DNA of 42,077 nucleotides from an uncultured Azonexus sp. (GTDB lineage Bacteria; Pseudomonadota; Gammaproteobacteria; Burkholderiales; Rhodocyclaceae): NCBI GenBank assembly GCA_937983545.1, contig CALJZP010000217.1, positions 1 to 42,077 of the forward strand, read 5' to 3'. Shown piece by piece: positions 20,402 to 29,163 of this stretch (position 1 is its first letter; each line of letters starts with the position of its first letter). The notes under the pieces were generated by a model. It saw only the letters and a program-made list of their open reading frames with translations, ran no database searches and was not told where the DNA came from. The position numbers and the translations under genes were made by a program.

Positions 20402-21001
20402 ATGACCACCAGCCACGAACGCTTCACCCACTGTATCGCCCTGTTCGATGCCGCCAATGCCGAAGACCCCAACCGGGAGGACGGGCAGCCCAAGGAGTTG
20501 CTGTACGCCCGGCGCATGACCGACATGATCGGCCGGTTCGCTCCACAGGCCGGCGAAGTCGCACAGTTGGCCGTGCGCGCCCAGCACATCCGGCGGTGGA
20601 CGGTGCCGCGCAGCAATTATCCGCTCGGCAAGCCGGGCTACTTTGCCTGGCGAACCGGGCTTTATCGCTTGCATGCGGAAACGGCCGGCGAACTGATGCG
20701 CCAGGCCGGCTATGACGAGGCGATCGTCGCACAGGTCAAGGCGGCGGTCGGCAAGGAGGGAATCAAGGCCAATCCCGACGCACAGTTGGTGGAAGACGTG
20801 GCCAGCCTGGTCTTCATGGAGCACTACATGCTTGGCTTCGCCGGTCAGCATGCCGACTACAGTGAAGACAAGTGGCTCGGCATCATCCGCAAGACATGGA
20901 AGAAAATGTCCGAAGCGGCGCGTGCTTTTGCGACCAGTGGCGGTATCCAGTTGCCGGAGGCCTTGCTGCCACTGATCACGAAGGCGCTGGCCGACGCATG
21001 A
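20402..21001 (+). CDS. DUF4202 family protein
   Basis: FDAANAEDPN, ELLYARRM, RAQHIRRW..PRSNYP.GK.GY..WR, QLVEDVASLVF, IIRKTWKKMS. Confidence 0.8.
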   Translation: MTTSHERFTHCIALFDAANAEDPNREDGQPKELLYARRMTDMIGRFAPQAGEVAQLAVRAQHIRRWTVPRSNYPLGKPGYFAWRTGLYRLHAETAGELMRQAGYDEAIVAQVKAAVGKEGIKANPDAQLVEDVASLVFMEHYMLGFAGQHADYSEDKWLGIIRKTWKKMSEAARAFATSGGIQLPEALLPLITKALADA

Positions 21002-21059
21002 AACAAAGACGTGCCCCGCGTTCTTTCTCCCAAATAGCCATTATCGGGGGCCAACGGCC

Positions 21060-21335
21060 ATGACCATCGAAATTTCCAACGACGCCAGCAAGGCTGCCGT
21101 CGCATCGATTCAGCGTTATTTTGCCGAAAACCTCGATGAGGAAATCGGCAACCTGGCTGCGGGAGCGCTCCTCAGCTTCTTTCTCAAGGAAATCGGGCCG
21201 GTCGTCTACAACCAGGCCGTTGCCGATGCCCAGGCCCGCTTGCAGGTACGGGTTGCCGAGCTGGATGCCGAGGTCTACGAAGAACCCTTTGCTTATTGGA
21301 GCAAGCAAGGAAAAGTTGGCGGGCAAAGGCGGTGA
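21060..21335 (+). CDS. DUF2164 family small protein
   Basis: SIQRYFAENLDEEIGNLAA..LL.FFLKEIGPVVYNQAVADA. Confidence 0.8.
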   Translation: MTIEISNDASKAAVASIQRYFAENLDEEIGNLAAGALLSFFLKEIGPVVYNQAVADAQARLQVRVAELDAEVYEEPFAYWSKQGKVGGQRR

Positions 21336-21462
21336 GCTGACATTCAGCGACTTGAAAAGTCGCCGTCCGGGGCGGAGGGGCGCCCAGGATTTGCCAAAAC
21401 CCGGGAGCACCCCGCCTCAGGTATAATGCCGGCCTTCCCGCCTAACCCGATTTCACCTCTCC

Positions 21463-24400
21463 ATGGCCGATATTCTTTGCCTCAAGGGCGACAACGCTCT
21501 TTCCGCTTTCCGCCTGCAACGCCTGCAAGCCCGCCTGACTGCCGCCGTCTCCGACATCGAGTCGGTGGCTGCCGATTACTGGCATGTCACCGCGCTGCGC
21601 CGGGCGCTGAACGCCGACGAGCGTTCCAAGCTGGCGCAACTGCTGGAGGAAAAGCCGGCCGGCGAGGACAAGGGCGAACTGTTCCTGGTGACGCCGCGCA
21701 TCGGCACCATTTCTCCGTGGTCGTCCAAGGCAACCGATATCGCCTGGAACTGCGACCTTGACGCCATCGAGCGCATCGAACGCGTGATCGCCTACCACGT
21801 CGTGGTACGCGGCGGCCGCGCCTTGACTGCGGATGAAAAGAAGACGGTTGCGGCCCTGTTGCACGACCGCATGACCGATTCGGTGCTGGCCGGCTTTGCC
21901 GATGCCGGTGAGCTGTTCCGCCATTTTGAGCCGAAGCCGCTGAATACCGTCGACGTGCTGGCTGGCGGCAAGGCTGCGCTGATCGAGGCCAACAGCACGC
22001 TGGGCCTGGCGCTGTCGGACGACGAAATCGATTACCTGCTCAACATCTTCACGACGGCCAAACGCAATCCGACCGATGTCGAGTTGATGATGTTCGCCCA
22101 GGCCAACTCCGAGCATTGTCGCCACAAGATCTTCAACGCCTCGTGGGTGATCGACGGCGAGAAGAAGGACAAGACGCTGTTCGGCATGATCCGCGAAACC
22201 CATGCCGCCGCGCCGCAAGGTACGGTCATGGCCTACGCCGACAACGCCTCGATCATCGAAGGGGCGACCATCCAGCGTTTCTACCCGGATGCCGACCGCG
22301 GCTACAGCTACAAGGAAGAGCTGACCCACATCCTGACCAAGGTCGAGACGCACAACCACCCGACCGCCATTTCCCCGTTCCCGGGCGCCTCGACTGGTTC
22401 CGGCGGCGAAATTCGCGACGAGGGCGCCACCGGCAAGGGCTCCAAGCCGAAGGCCGGCCTGTGCGGCTTCTCGGTCTCCAACCTGAACCTGCCGGATGCT
22501 CCGCAGCCGTGGGAAAAGGCCTACGGCCGCCCGTCGCGCATCGCTTCGGCGCTCGACATCATGCTCGAAGGCCCGATCGGCGCCGCCGCCTTCAACAACG
22601 AATTCGGCCGCCCGAACCTGACCGGCTATTTCCGCACCTATGAACAGGACGTGGCCGGCACCGTGCGCGGCTACCACAAGCCGATCATGATCGCCGGCGG
22701 CCTGGGCAGCATCCAGGCCGAGCAGTCGTTCAAGGAAGAAACCTTCCCGGTCGGCACCAAGTTTGTGCAGCTGGGCGGCCCGGGCATGCTGATCGGCCTC
22801 GGCGGTGGCGCTGCGTCGTCGATGACCGCCGGCGTCAATGCCGAAGACCTCGACTTTGCCTCCGTGCAGCGCGGCAATCCGGAAATCCAGCGCCGTGCGC
22901 AGGAGGTCATCGACCGTTGCTGGCAGATGGGCAAGAACAATCCCATCCTGTCGGTGCACGACGTCGGTGCTGGCGGTGTGTCCAACGCCTTGCCGGAACT
23001 GGCCCATTCGGGTGGCGTCGGCGCTGTCTTCGACCTGCGCAAGGTGCCGACCGAAGAGCCGGGCATGTCGCCGGCCGAAATCTGGTCCAACGAATCGCAG
23101 GAACGCTACGTATTGGCCATTCCGGCCAACCGCATCGCCGAATTCCAGGCCATGTGCGAGCGCGAGCGTTGCCCGTTTGCCGTGGTCGGCGAAGCGACCG
23201 GCGACGGCCACCTGACCGTCACCGACGCCCATTTCGGTGTCAATCCGGTCGATATGGAAATGGAAGCGCTGCTTGGCAAGCCGCCGCGCATGACCCGCGA
23301 TGTGACGCACCAGCCGGAAACCTTCGTTTCCTTCGACGCCACCGCCATCGAACTGAAGGATGCCGCCTATCGCCTGATGCGTCTGCCGACCATCGCCGAC
23401 AAGACCTTCCTGATCTCCATCGGCGACCGTTCGGTCGGCGGCATGACCGCCCGTGACCAGATGGTCGGCCCGTGGCAGGTGCCGGTGGCCGACGTGGCCG
23501 TGACCACGATGGGCTACCAGGGGTATCTGGGCGAAGCCTTCGCCATGGGCGAGCGCACTCCGCTGGCCGTCTTCGACGCCCCGGCTTCCGGCCGCATGGC
23601 CATCGGCGAAGCGCTGACCAACCTGGCTGCCGCCGACATCGGCGAACTGGGCAAGGTCAAGCTCTCCGCCAACTGGATGGCGCCGTGCGGCGTGCCGGGT
23701 GAGGATGCCCGCCTGTTCGACACCGTCGAGGCCGTCTCCGACCTGTGCAAGGCGATTGGCGTCTCGATCCCGGTCGGCAAGGATTCGCTGTCGATGCGTA
23801 CCGCCTGGGAAGAGCAGGGCGAGAAGAAGCAGGTGGTGTCGCCGTTGTCGCTGATCGTCACTTCCTTTGCCGCCGTCGACGATGTGCGCAAGACCAAGAC
23901 CCCGCAACTGGCTGTCGACCAGGGCGAAACCGAACTGCTGCTACTCGATCTCGGCCAGAACCGCTTGGGCGGCTCGGCCTTGGCCCAGGTCTATAACGCC
24001 ACCGGCAGCGATGCGCCGGACGTCGACGACCCCGCCAAGCTGAAGGGCCTGTTCGATGCCGTGCAGAAGCTCAACCGCGAAGGCATGCTGCTCGCCTATC
24101 ACGACCGTTCCGATGGCGGCCTGTTCGTCGCCGCCTGCGAAATGGCCTTCGCCAGCCATCGCGGCGTGTCGCTCGACCTCGACGGCCTGTGTTTCGATGG
24201 TGCCGCGCTCGATGTCGACGGTGCCGAGAAGCGCCCGGACCTGCTGGCCGGCCGCGATTTCGAACATATCGTCCGTGCCCTGTTCAACGAGGAGCTTGGC
24301 GCGCTGATCCAGATTCGCCGTGAAGATCGCGAGAAGGTCACGCCGATTCTGCGTGCCTGCGGTGTTCCGTATCACTTCGTCGGTACCCTGAACGAGTGGG

Positions 24401-25392
24401 ACGAAATTCGTGTTACCCGTAACGCCAAGCGTGTGCTGCGCGAGAAGCGCGTCGACCTGCAGCGCGCCTGGTCGGAAACCAGCTACCAGATGCAGGCCAT
24501 GCGCGACAACCCGAGCTGCGCCCAGCAGGAATTCGACCGCATCCTCGACGTCGCCGATCCCGGCCTGACGCCGAAGCTGACTTTCGATCCGCAGGAAGAT
24601 TTCACCCAGGTCTATGCACAGGTCAGCGGCCGTCCGCGCGTCGCCATCCTGCGCGAGCAGGGCGTCAATAGTCATTACGAAATGGCTGCCGCTTTTGATC
24701 GCGCTGGTTTCGCCTCGGTCGACGTCCATATGAGCGACATCCTGGCTGGCCGCGTCAGCCTCAAGGACTTCAAGGGCCTGGTTGCCTGCGGCGGCTTCTC
24801 CTACGGCGACGTGCTTGGTGCCGGCCTCGGCTGGGCGCGGACCATCCTGATGCATGAAGGTTGCCGCGATGAATTCGCCGCCTTCTTCAACCGTCCGGAT
24901 ACCTTTGCCCTGGGCGTCTGCAACGGTTGCCAGATGATGAGTGCGTTGAAGTCCATCATCCCGGGCGCCGAGCATTGGCCGGCTTTCCGCCGCAACAAGG
25001 TCGAGCAGTTCGAGGCACGCTTCGTGATGACCGAGATACTGGAGTCTCCGTCCATCTTCTTCCGGGGCATGGAAGGCTCGCAGGTGCCCATCGTTGTCTC
25101 GCACGGCGAGGGCAGGGCTGTGTTCGACAACGCCGACGATCAAGGCAAGGTGCTGTCTGCCGTGCGCTATGTCGATAACAAGGGCGAGCCGACCGAAGTC
25201 TATCCGTACAACCCGAACGGTTCGCCGGGCGGCCTGACGGCGGTGACCACGGCCGACGGCCGTTTCACGATCATGATGCCGCACCCGGAACGCGTTTTCC
25301 GCACCGTGCAGATGTCCTGGCACCCGGAAAACTGGGGCGAGGATTCGCCATGGATGCGCATGTTCCGCAACGCCCGACGCTGGGTGGGCTAA
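21463..25392 (+). CDS. purL: Phosphoribosylformylglycinamidine synthase (large form)
   Basis: 1309 aa; [48 protein letters not shown]. Confidence 0.97.
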   Translation: MADILCLKGDNALSAFRLQRLQARLTAAVSDIESVAADYWHVTALRRALNADERSKLAQLLEEKPAGEDKGELFLVTPRIGTISPWSSKATDIAWNCDLDAIERIERVIAYHVVVRGGRALTADEKKTVAALLHDRMTDSVLAGFADAGELFRHFEPKPLNTVDVLAGGKAALIEANSTLGLALSDDEIDYLLNIFTTAKRNPTDVELMMFAQANSEHCRHKIFNASWVIDGEKKDKTLFGMIRETHAAAPQGTVMAYADNASIIEGATIQRFYPDADRGYSYKEELTHILTKVETHNHPTAISPFPGASTGSGGEIRDEGATGKGSKPKAGLCGFSVSNLNLPDAPQPWEKAYGRPSRIASALDIMLEGPIGAAAFNNEFGRPNLTGYFRTYEQDVAGTVRGYHKPIMIAGGLGSIQAEQSFKEETFPVGTKFVQLGGPGMLIGLGGGAASSMTAGVNAEDLDFASVQRGNPEIQRRAQEVIDRCWQMGKNNPILSVHDVGAGGVSNALPELAHSGGVGAVFDLRKVPTEEPGMSPAEIWSNESQERYVLAIPANRIAEFQAMCERERCPFAVVGEATGDGHLTVTDAHFGVNPVDMEMEALLGKPPRMTRDVTHQPETFVSFDATAIELKDAAYRLMRLPTIADKTFLISIGDRSVGGMTARDQMVGPWQVPVADVAVTTMGYQGYLGEAFAMGERTPLAVFDAPASGRMAIGEALTNLAAADIGELGKVKLSANWMAPCGVPGEDARLFDTVEAVSDLCKAIGVSIPVGKDSLSMRTAWEEQGEKKQVVSPLSLIVTSFAAVDDVRKTKTPQLAVDQGETELLLLDLGQNRLGGSALAQVYNATGSDAPDVDDPAKLKGLFDAVQKLNREGMLLAYHDRSDGGLFVAACEMAFASHRGVSLDLDGLCFDGAALDVDGAEKRPDLLAGRDFEHIVRALFNEELGALIQIRREDREKVTPILRACGVPYHFVGTLNEWDEIRVTRNAKRVLREKRVDLQRAWSETSYQMQAMRDNPSCAQQEFDRILDVADPGLTPKLTFDPQEDFTQVYAQVSGRPRVAILREQGVNSHYEMAAAFDRAGFASVDVHMSDILAGRVSLKDFKGLVACGGFSYGDVLGAGLGWARTILMHEGCRDEFAAFFNRPDTFALGVCNGCQMMSALKSIIPGAEHWPAFRRNKVEQFEARFVMTEILESPSIFFRGMEGSQVPIVVSHGEGRAVFDNADDQGKVLSAVRYVDNKGEPTEVYPYNPNGSPGGLTAVTTADGRFTIMMPHPERVFRTVQMSWHPENWGEDSPWMRMFRNARRWVG

Positions 25393-25403
25393 GCGAATTG
25401 ATC

Positions 25404-25437
25404 GCAAAAAAGGAGCGCTAAGGCGCTCCTTTTTTGC
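25404..25437. terminator. Bidirectional intrinsic terminator between convergent purL and cytochrome P460 genes
   Basis: gcaaaaaaggagcgc-taag-gcgctccttttttgc perfect hairpin with A and T tracts. Confidence 0.88.
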
Positions 25438-25445
25438 AGGAAAAT

Positions 25446-25991
25446 TTAGTGTTTTTTCAGCAATGGGTAGCCTTGAACGAATACCCGGTCAGTCTGCGCG
25501 GCCGGAACATGGCATGCCTGACAGTCTGCCCGATAGCTGGTCGCCATGTTTTTCAGCGGATCGTCCGACTTGTACATGGCCCAACCCCAGCCATCCTCCC
25601 AAAGCGGGTTGCCCGGGAAACGGCCTTTGCCATCCTTGATCATGACGAACCAAACGGCCGGGGCGCCCGCCCAATGCACCGGGTTGCCCGTGGTCAGGGG
25701 GCCGGTTTCCAGTTTGCGGATTTCCTTGACCAGCGTTGCGCCATCGGGAAATTTTCCGGTCTTGCGGTAGTGGTCCAGCGATTTGCGTTCCGTATAAACA
25801 TCGTGGAAGCCGTGAGCAGCCGACTTTTCGTCGGTAACGGCCCACGAGCCGAGGTGAACGAATTCGCTGCGGAAGTTCTTGGGCAAATTGATCTGTCCCT
25901 TGTCGTTCACGTACGGCGAGAATGAATCTGCCGCCAGCAGCGGCATGGCAAGTGTCGATGCGACGGCGGCGAGGGCTAATTTTGCTTTCAT
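25446..25991 (-). CDS. Cytochrome P460 / c'-beta family periplasmic heme protein
   Basis: Signal peptide MKAKLALAAVASTLAMPLLA; NDKG..LPKN.R, FHDVY, TGKFPDGATLVKE, WGWAMY; C-terminal CQACH then DRVFVQGYPLL; AGGAG RBS. Confidence 0.85.
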   Translation of the reverse strand: MKAKLALAAVASTLAMPLLAADSFSPYVNDKGQINLPKNFRSEFVHLGSWAVTDEKSAAHGFHDVYTERKSLDHYRKTGKFPDGATLVKEIRKLETGPLTTGNPVHWAGAPAVWFVMIKDGKGRFPGNPLWEDGWGWAMYKSDDPLKNMATSYRADCQACHVPAAQTDRVFVQGYPLLKKH

Positions 25992-26064
25992 GATGATTCT
26001 CCTGTTACCTCGGTCTGCTGTCGGAAACTCCATCGCAGACAGAGTTTCCGACAGGGTGAATCGG

Positions 26065-26598
26065 TTAGACCTTAACGACCGGGAAATCCACTTCGGTACC
26101 CGCGACGTGGTTGGCGTAGTTGGTCAGCGTATTCAGAGCGACAGCCGCCACCACTTCAAGCAGGAGTCCGTCATCGACCCCGGCACGGCGATACGCTTCC
26201 AGATCGGACGAGTCCAGCTTGCCGCGCCGTTCCGTCAACTTCCGGGCCAGTCCGGCAAGCGCCGCATCCAGCTGCGTTGCGGCACTGCCGGTACGAGCCA
26301 GCGCAATAGCGTCGGCATTGAGGCCAGCCCCCCGGCCGAGCAGGGTATGCGCGCTCAGGCAGTATTGGCAGGCATTGGCCTGGCCGACGGCCAGTGCAAT
26401 GATTTCCCGTTGTGCCGACGTCAGGCGCCCTCCGGCAAGTGTGTCGGCCAGGCCCAGGTATCCCTTCAGCACCGTTGGTGCATGGGCAAGCGTGGCAAAC
26501 AGATTGGGTACCATGCCCAATTTGCCTTTGACGGCGGCAAGCGTGCCGGTGACTTCGGGATTGGCTTGTTCAGGATTGACTGGATGGATAAAAGGCAT
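26065..26598 (-). CDS. AhpD-like / carboxymuconolactone decarboxylase family peroxidase
   Basis: GMVPNLF, QREIIALAV..ANACQYCLSAH, NTLTNYANH...TEVDFP; AAGGAG RBS. Confidence 0.88.
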   Translation of the reverse strand: MPFIHPVNPEQANPEVTGTLAAVKGKLGMVPNLFATLAHAPTVLKGYLGLADTLAGGRLTSAQREIIALAVGQANACQYCLSAHTLLGRGAGLNADAIALARTGSAATQLDAALAGLARKLTERRGKLDSSDLEAYRRAGVDDGLLLEVVAAVALNTLTNYANHVAGTEVDFPVVKV

Positions 26599-26653
26599 TT
26601 CGATCTCCTTGGTGTCATGCAAAAGTGCATGGAGCAGATAATCGGCCTTTTTC

Positions 26654-26680
26654 TGATACGATATGAATCATTGAGTATCA
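26654..26680. promoter_or_regulatory. AT-rich inverted repeat in the divergent promoter of AraC/ahpD-like genes (possible operator)
   Basis: TGATAC-N15-GTATCA. Confidence 0.3.
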
Positions 26681-26704
26681 AAATTAATACCAGGAGTATT
26701 GCTT

Positions 26705-27520
26705 ATGGACAGGCTCGCAGTGCTTCTGCAGCACTACACCCTGAGTACCGAGGTCTTCCACACCGGTCAGTTCTGCGGACAGGCGGTTTACGACAGTACG
26801 CATGGTTTTCTGCATCTGCTGCGGAGCGGGGTGGTTCGGGTGACTTCCGACCGACACCCGCCGTTGGACCTGAATGAACCCTGTCTGTTGCTGTATCCAC
26901 GCCAGGCGCGCCATGTTTTCATCGCGCCGGAAGGGAAGGCTGCGGATCTGATTTGTTCCCGGATCGATCTCGGCTCGGTGGCAGGCAATCCGATCGCCCG
27001 CGCCCTGCCGGACATGCTCCATATTCCGCTGGCCAAAATGCCGGACATGAAGACAACGCTGGATTTACTGGTCGCAGAATCCAACGGCAACTTGTGTGGA
27101 CGCCAGGCCGCGATGAACCGCTTGTCCGAACTGCTCCTGATACATCTCCTGCGCTACCTGATGAATGGCGAATCGGTATCGACGGGGCTGCTGGCCGGCC
27201 TGGCCGACAAGCGTTTGGCCAAGGCGATCACGGCTATCCACGAACAACCGGCTGAGGCATGGACGCTGGAAGGGATGGCTGAGGTCGCCGGTATGTCGCG
27301 GGCACGCTTTGCAACCGTATTCCGGGAAACGATCGGCTGCACCCCCGGCGCTTATCTCTCGGCATGGCGGATCGATCTGGCCGGCAAGCACCTGCGCCAT
27401 GGAAAATCGGTGGCATGGACCGCCGATGCCGTCGGTTACGGCAGTGCAGCCGCCTTGGCACGGGCTTTTCGCATGATTAGGGGCCTGTCTCCGGGGCAGT
27501 GGCTGAAGACAGTCGAATAA
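26705..27520 (+). CDS. Cupin-AraC transcriptional regulator, RclR/RcsR-like
   Basis: MDRLAVLL start, Cys in GQFCG and DLIC, WTLEGMAEVAGMSRARFA, VGYGSAAALARAF; divergent from AhpD-like gene. Confidence 0.85.
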   Translation: MDRLAVLLQHYTLSTEVFHTGQFCGQAVYDSTHGFLHLLRSGVVRVTSDRHPPLDLNEPCLLLYPRQARHVFIAPEGKAADLICSRIDLGSVAGNPIARALPDMLHIPLAKMPDMKTTLDLLVAESNGNLCGRQAAMNRLSELLLIHLLRYLMNGESVSTGLLAGLADKRLAKAITAIHEQPAEAWTLEGMAEVAGMSRARFATVFRETIGCTPGAYLSAWRIDLAGKHLRHGKSVAWTADAVGYGSAAALARAFRMIRGLSPGQWLKTVE

Positions 27521-27586
27521 CGCGCCGTCTGTCCGCCGGAAACCGGATACATCCCGGTGATGTACGTTGCCCGACAAGACAAGCCA

Positions 27587-27619
27587 TAAAAAAAGCAGCC
27601 ATCAAGGCTGCTTTTTTTA
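27587..27619. terminator. Bidirectional intrinsic terminator
   Basis: taaaaaaagcagcc-atcaa-ggctgcttttttta between convergent genes. Confidence 0.88.
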
Positions 27620-27647
27620 GTGCGTACGAAGGCGATTAGCTGGTTGT

Positions 27648-27995
27648 CTACTCGTCGGCAAGAACAAGGCGCGCATCGTCGAGGTGGGCGATCAGGCGAT
27701 GGGCGGCTTCGTTCAGGTCGGGAAGCAGCAAGTCGGCTGAGTCGCCGAGGCCGTTGTTGCTCAGATCGATGATCTCGTTGGCCAGGGCATGGAAATGCCG
27801 GTCGGCGGCCAGCAAGGCGGCCAGCACGCTATTGTCGCCATTGGCAACGCGCGGCGACAATTCCTGCTCGAGCGAACAGCAACGGTGTTCCGACAGTGGC
27901 ATGTCGGCGTAGTCCCCGCCGGCAAAGGCGTTGAGGAACTGGCGTCGCCACTGGTTGTGCAAGCGTATGGCGCTGTCGATGTCGATACGCTTCAT
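27648..27995 (-). CDS. Stand-alone CZB (chemoreceptor zinc-binding)-like protein
   Basis: AIRLHNQWR, EHRCCSL, DRHFHALA pattern matches CZB H..W / C.LG / H..FH spacing; GGAG RBS. Confidence 0.65.
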   Translation of the reverse strand: MKRIDIDSAIRLHNQWRRQFLNAFAGGDYADMPLSEHRCCSLEQELSPRVANGDNSVLAALLAADRHFHALANEIIDLSNNGLGDSADLLLPDLNEAAHRLIAHLDDARLVLADE

Positions 27996-28175
27996 GCGTC
28001 GTATTCTCCGGGTAAAAAAGACCGGAAAGTAAAGCAATTCCGGCGGTAGGCCGGATTATGCCGCAGCGGGGCGCTTGGGCAAATGGGGGAAGATGACGAT
28101 TGTGCCCGGACAAAGGGGTTGACTACCCCATTTCCAGTTCCCCGCCAGCGAAAACGCGGGACGAATTTCCTCTGT

Positions 28176-28337
28176 TTAGATGCTGATCCGTTGCCGGCGT
28201 CGCCAGCAGGCCGGGACATTCAGCGCAGTCGAATCCCAGCGATTGTCGGCAAAGATGGCCTTGGCGCGGGCGAGGCGTGCGTCTTCTTCGGCGGAAATGC
28301 CGGCCAGCAGTTCAAATAGTTTCTGAATGCGTTCCAT
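28176..28337 (-). CDS. Small hypothetical protein (53 aa), probably LexA-regulated
   Basis: GGAGG RBS before ATG 28337; MERIQKLFELLAGISAEEDARLARAKAIFADNRWDSTALNVPACWRRRQRISI. Confidence 0.6.
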   Translation of the reverse strand: MERIQKLFELLAGISAEEDARLARAKAIFADNRWDSTALNVPACWRRRQRISI

Positions 28338-28367
28338 GATGGTGACCTCCGGAGGGTGTGCGATTAA

Positions 28368-28383
28368 CTGTATGAATAGCCAG
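28368..28383. promoter_or_regulatory. LexA (SOS) box 2
   Basis: CTGT-ATGAATAG-CCAG, one mismatch to CTGT-N8-ACAG. Confidence 0.7.
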
Positions 28384-28415
28384 TTGTTTGGCCGTGAGTG
28401 CACATTAAACGATAA

Positions 28416-28431
28416 CTGTATGGATGTACAG
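28416..28431. promoter_or_regulatory. LexA (SOS) box 1
   Basis: CTGT-ATGGATGT-ACAG, perfect beta/gamma-proteobacterial consensus, flanked by a...t. Confidence 0.85.
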
Positions 28432-28493
28432 TATTCGTTAAAATCTTGTTCGGAGGTAGCCTTCGGCTGTCTAGATCAACAGGACAAGCCAAG

Positions 28494-28706
28494 ATGCCCC
28501 GTGACAAATTCTCTTCGTTTCCCGCAGCCGGTACATTTGTGGCCTACCGCGGGCGAAGCAGCAAGGCGGAGCGCAATGTCCGGGTGATCGCCGAAGCCTC
28601 GGGCGGGCGAATGGTTGTCGAGGCGATCGGCCGGCAGGGGATTCCCGTCCGGCTGACCGTCAAGCGGGAGAATCTCGCCCCTATGCAGCCCTGCCTGTTC
28701 GACTGA
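28494..28706 (+). CDS. Small hypothetical protein (70 aa) with C-terminal QxxLF motif, probably LexA-regulated
   Basis: AGGA RBS; MPRDKF...VRVIAEASGGRMVVEAIGRQGIPVRLTVKRENLAPMQPCLFD. Confidence 0.6.
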   Translation: MPRDKFSSFPAAGTFVAYRGRSSKAERNVRVIAEASGGRMVVEAIGRQGIPVRLTVKRENLAPMQPCLFD

Positions 28707-29019
28707 TCCGCGCTGCAGTTTCACGCAACACCATTGCCAGTTCGTCGCCCAGGCGACACCAGCGCCTCGATGCAACCCGAACGACGGCGGGACATTCAAA
28801 ACGAATCTGCGCTTGGCCGACACCCTCGATGAGCGTCAGTGCCTGGCTGTCGATTTCATGCCATTGGCCGCTGCGAAGAAAAATGTCTTCAGCCCGGCCT
28901 GTCGTCGTGATCCAGACTGTGCCCTGCAGGCAGCAGACACGTATGCCACGCGCGCCGGTTACCCGTAGCGGCCTGCCTTCGGTCAGGAAAAGTTCGCTGT
29001 TCAGCCATTCGATATTCAT
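28681..29019 (-). CDS. DUF2917 family protein
   Basis: VCCLQGTVWITTTGRAEDIFLRSGQ signature; GGAGG RBS; divergent from MocR regulator. Confidence 0.75.
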   Translation of the reverse strand: MNIEWLNSELFLTEGRPLRVTGARGIRVCCLQGTVWITTTGRAEDIFLRSGQWHEIDSQALTLIEGVGQAQIRFECPAVVRVASRRWCRLGDELAMVLRETAARISRTGRAA

Positions 29020-29070
29020 TTCACCCTCCATGCTTTGTCGGTGAAAAGTGTAGGCTTTGCACAATGAGTG

Positions 29071-29154
29071 ATACAGTCACAATGAAATTAAATTGTGATC
29101 AATACAGTTTCTAAAAAAATAAACTGTATTGCCCCCTTTCCAACCTCACTGTAT
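29071..29154. promoter_or_regulatory. Putative MocR operator array (ATACAGT/ACTGTAT x4)
   Basis: ATACAGT at 29071 and 29102, ACTGTAT at 29123 and 29148; perfect IR CAATACAGTTT-N10-AAACTGTATTG at 29100-29131. Confidence 0.6.
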
Positions 29155-29163
29155 TGGTGTGGC

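Noticed and set aside
21391-21427. sigma70 promoter TTGCCA...TATAAT for purL
   Set aside because: The TATAAT is plausible, but the spacing to TTGCCA is 25 bp, so a full promoter cannot be called
29071-29154. Additional LexA boxes
   Set aside because: The CTGTAT/ATACAG half-sites are not arranged as CTGT-N8-ACAG and are better explained as a MocR operator
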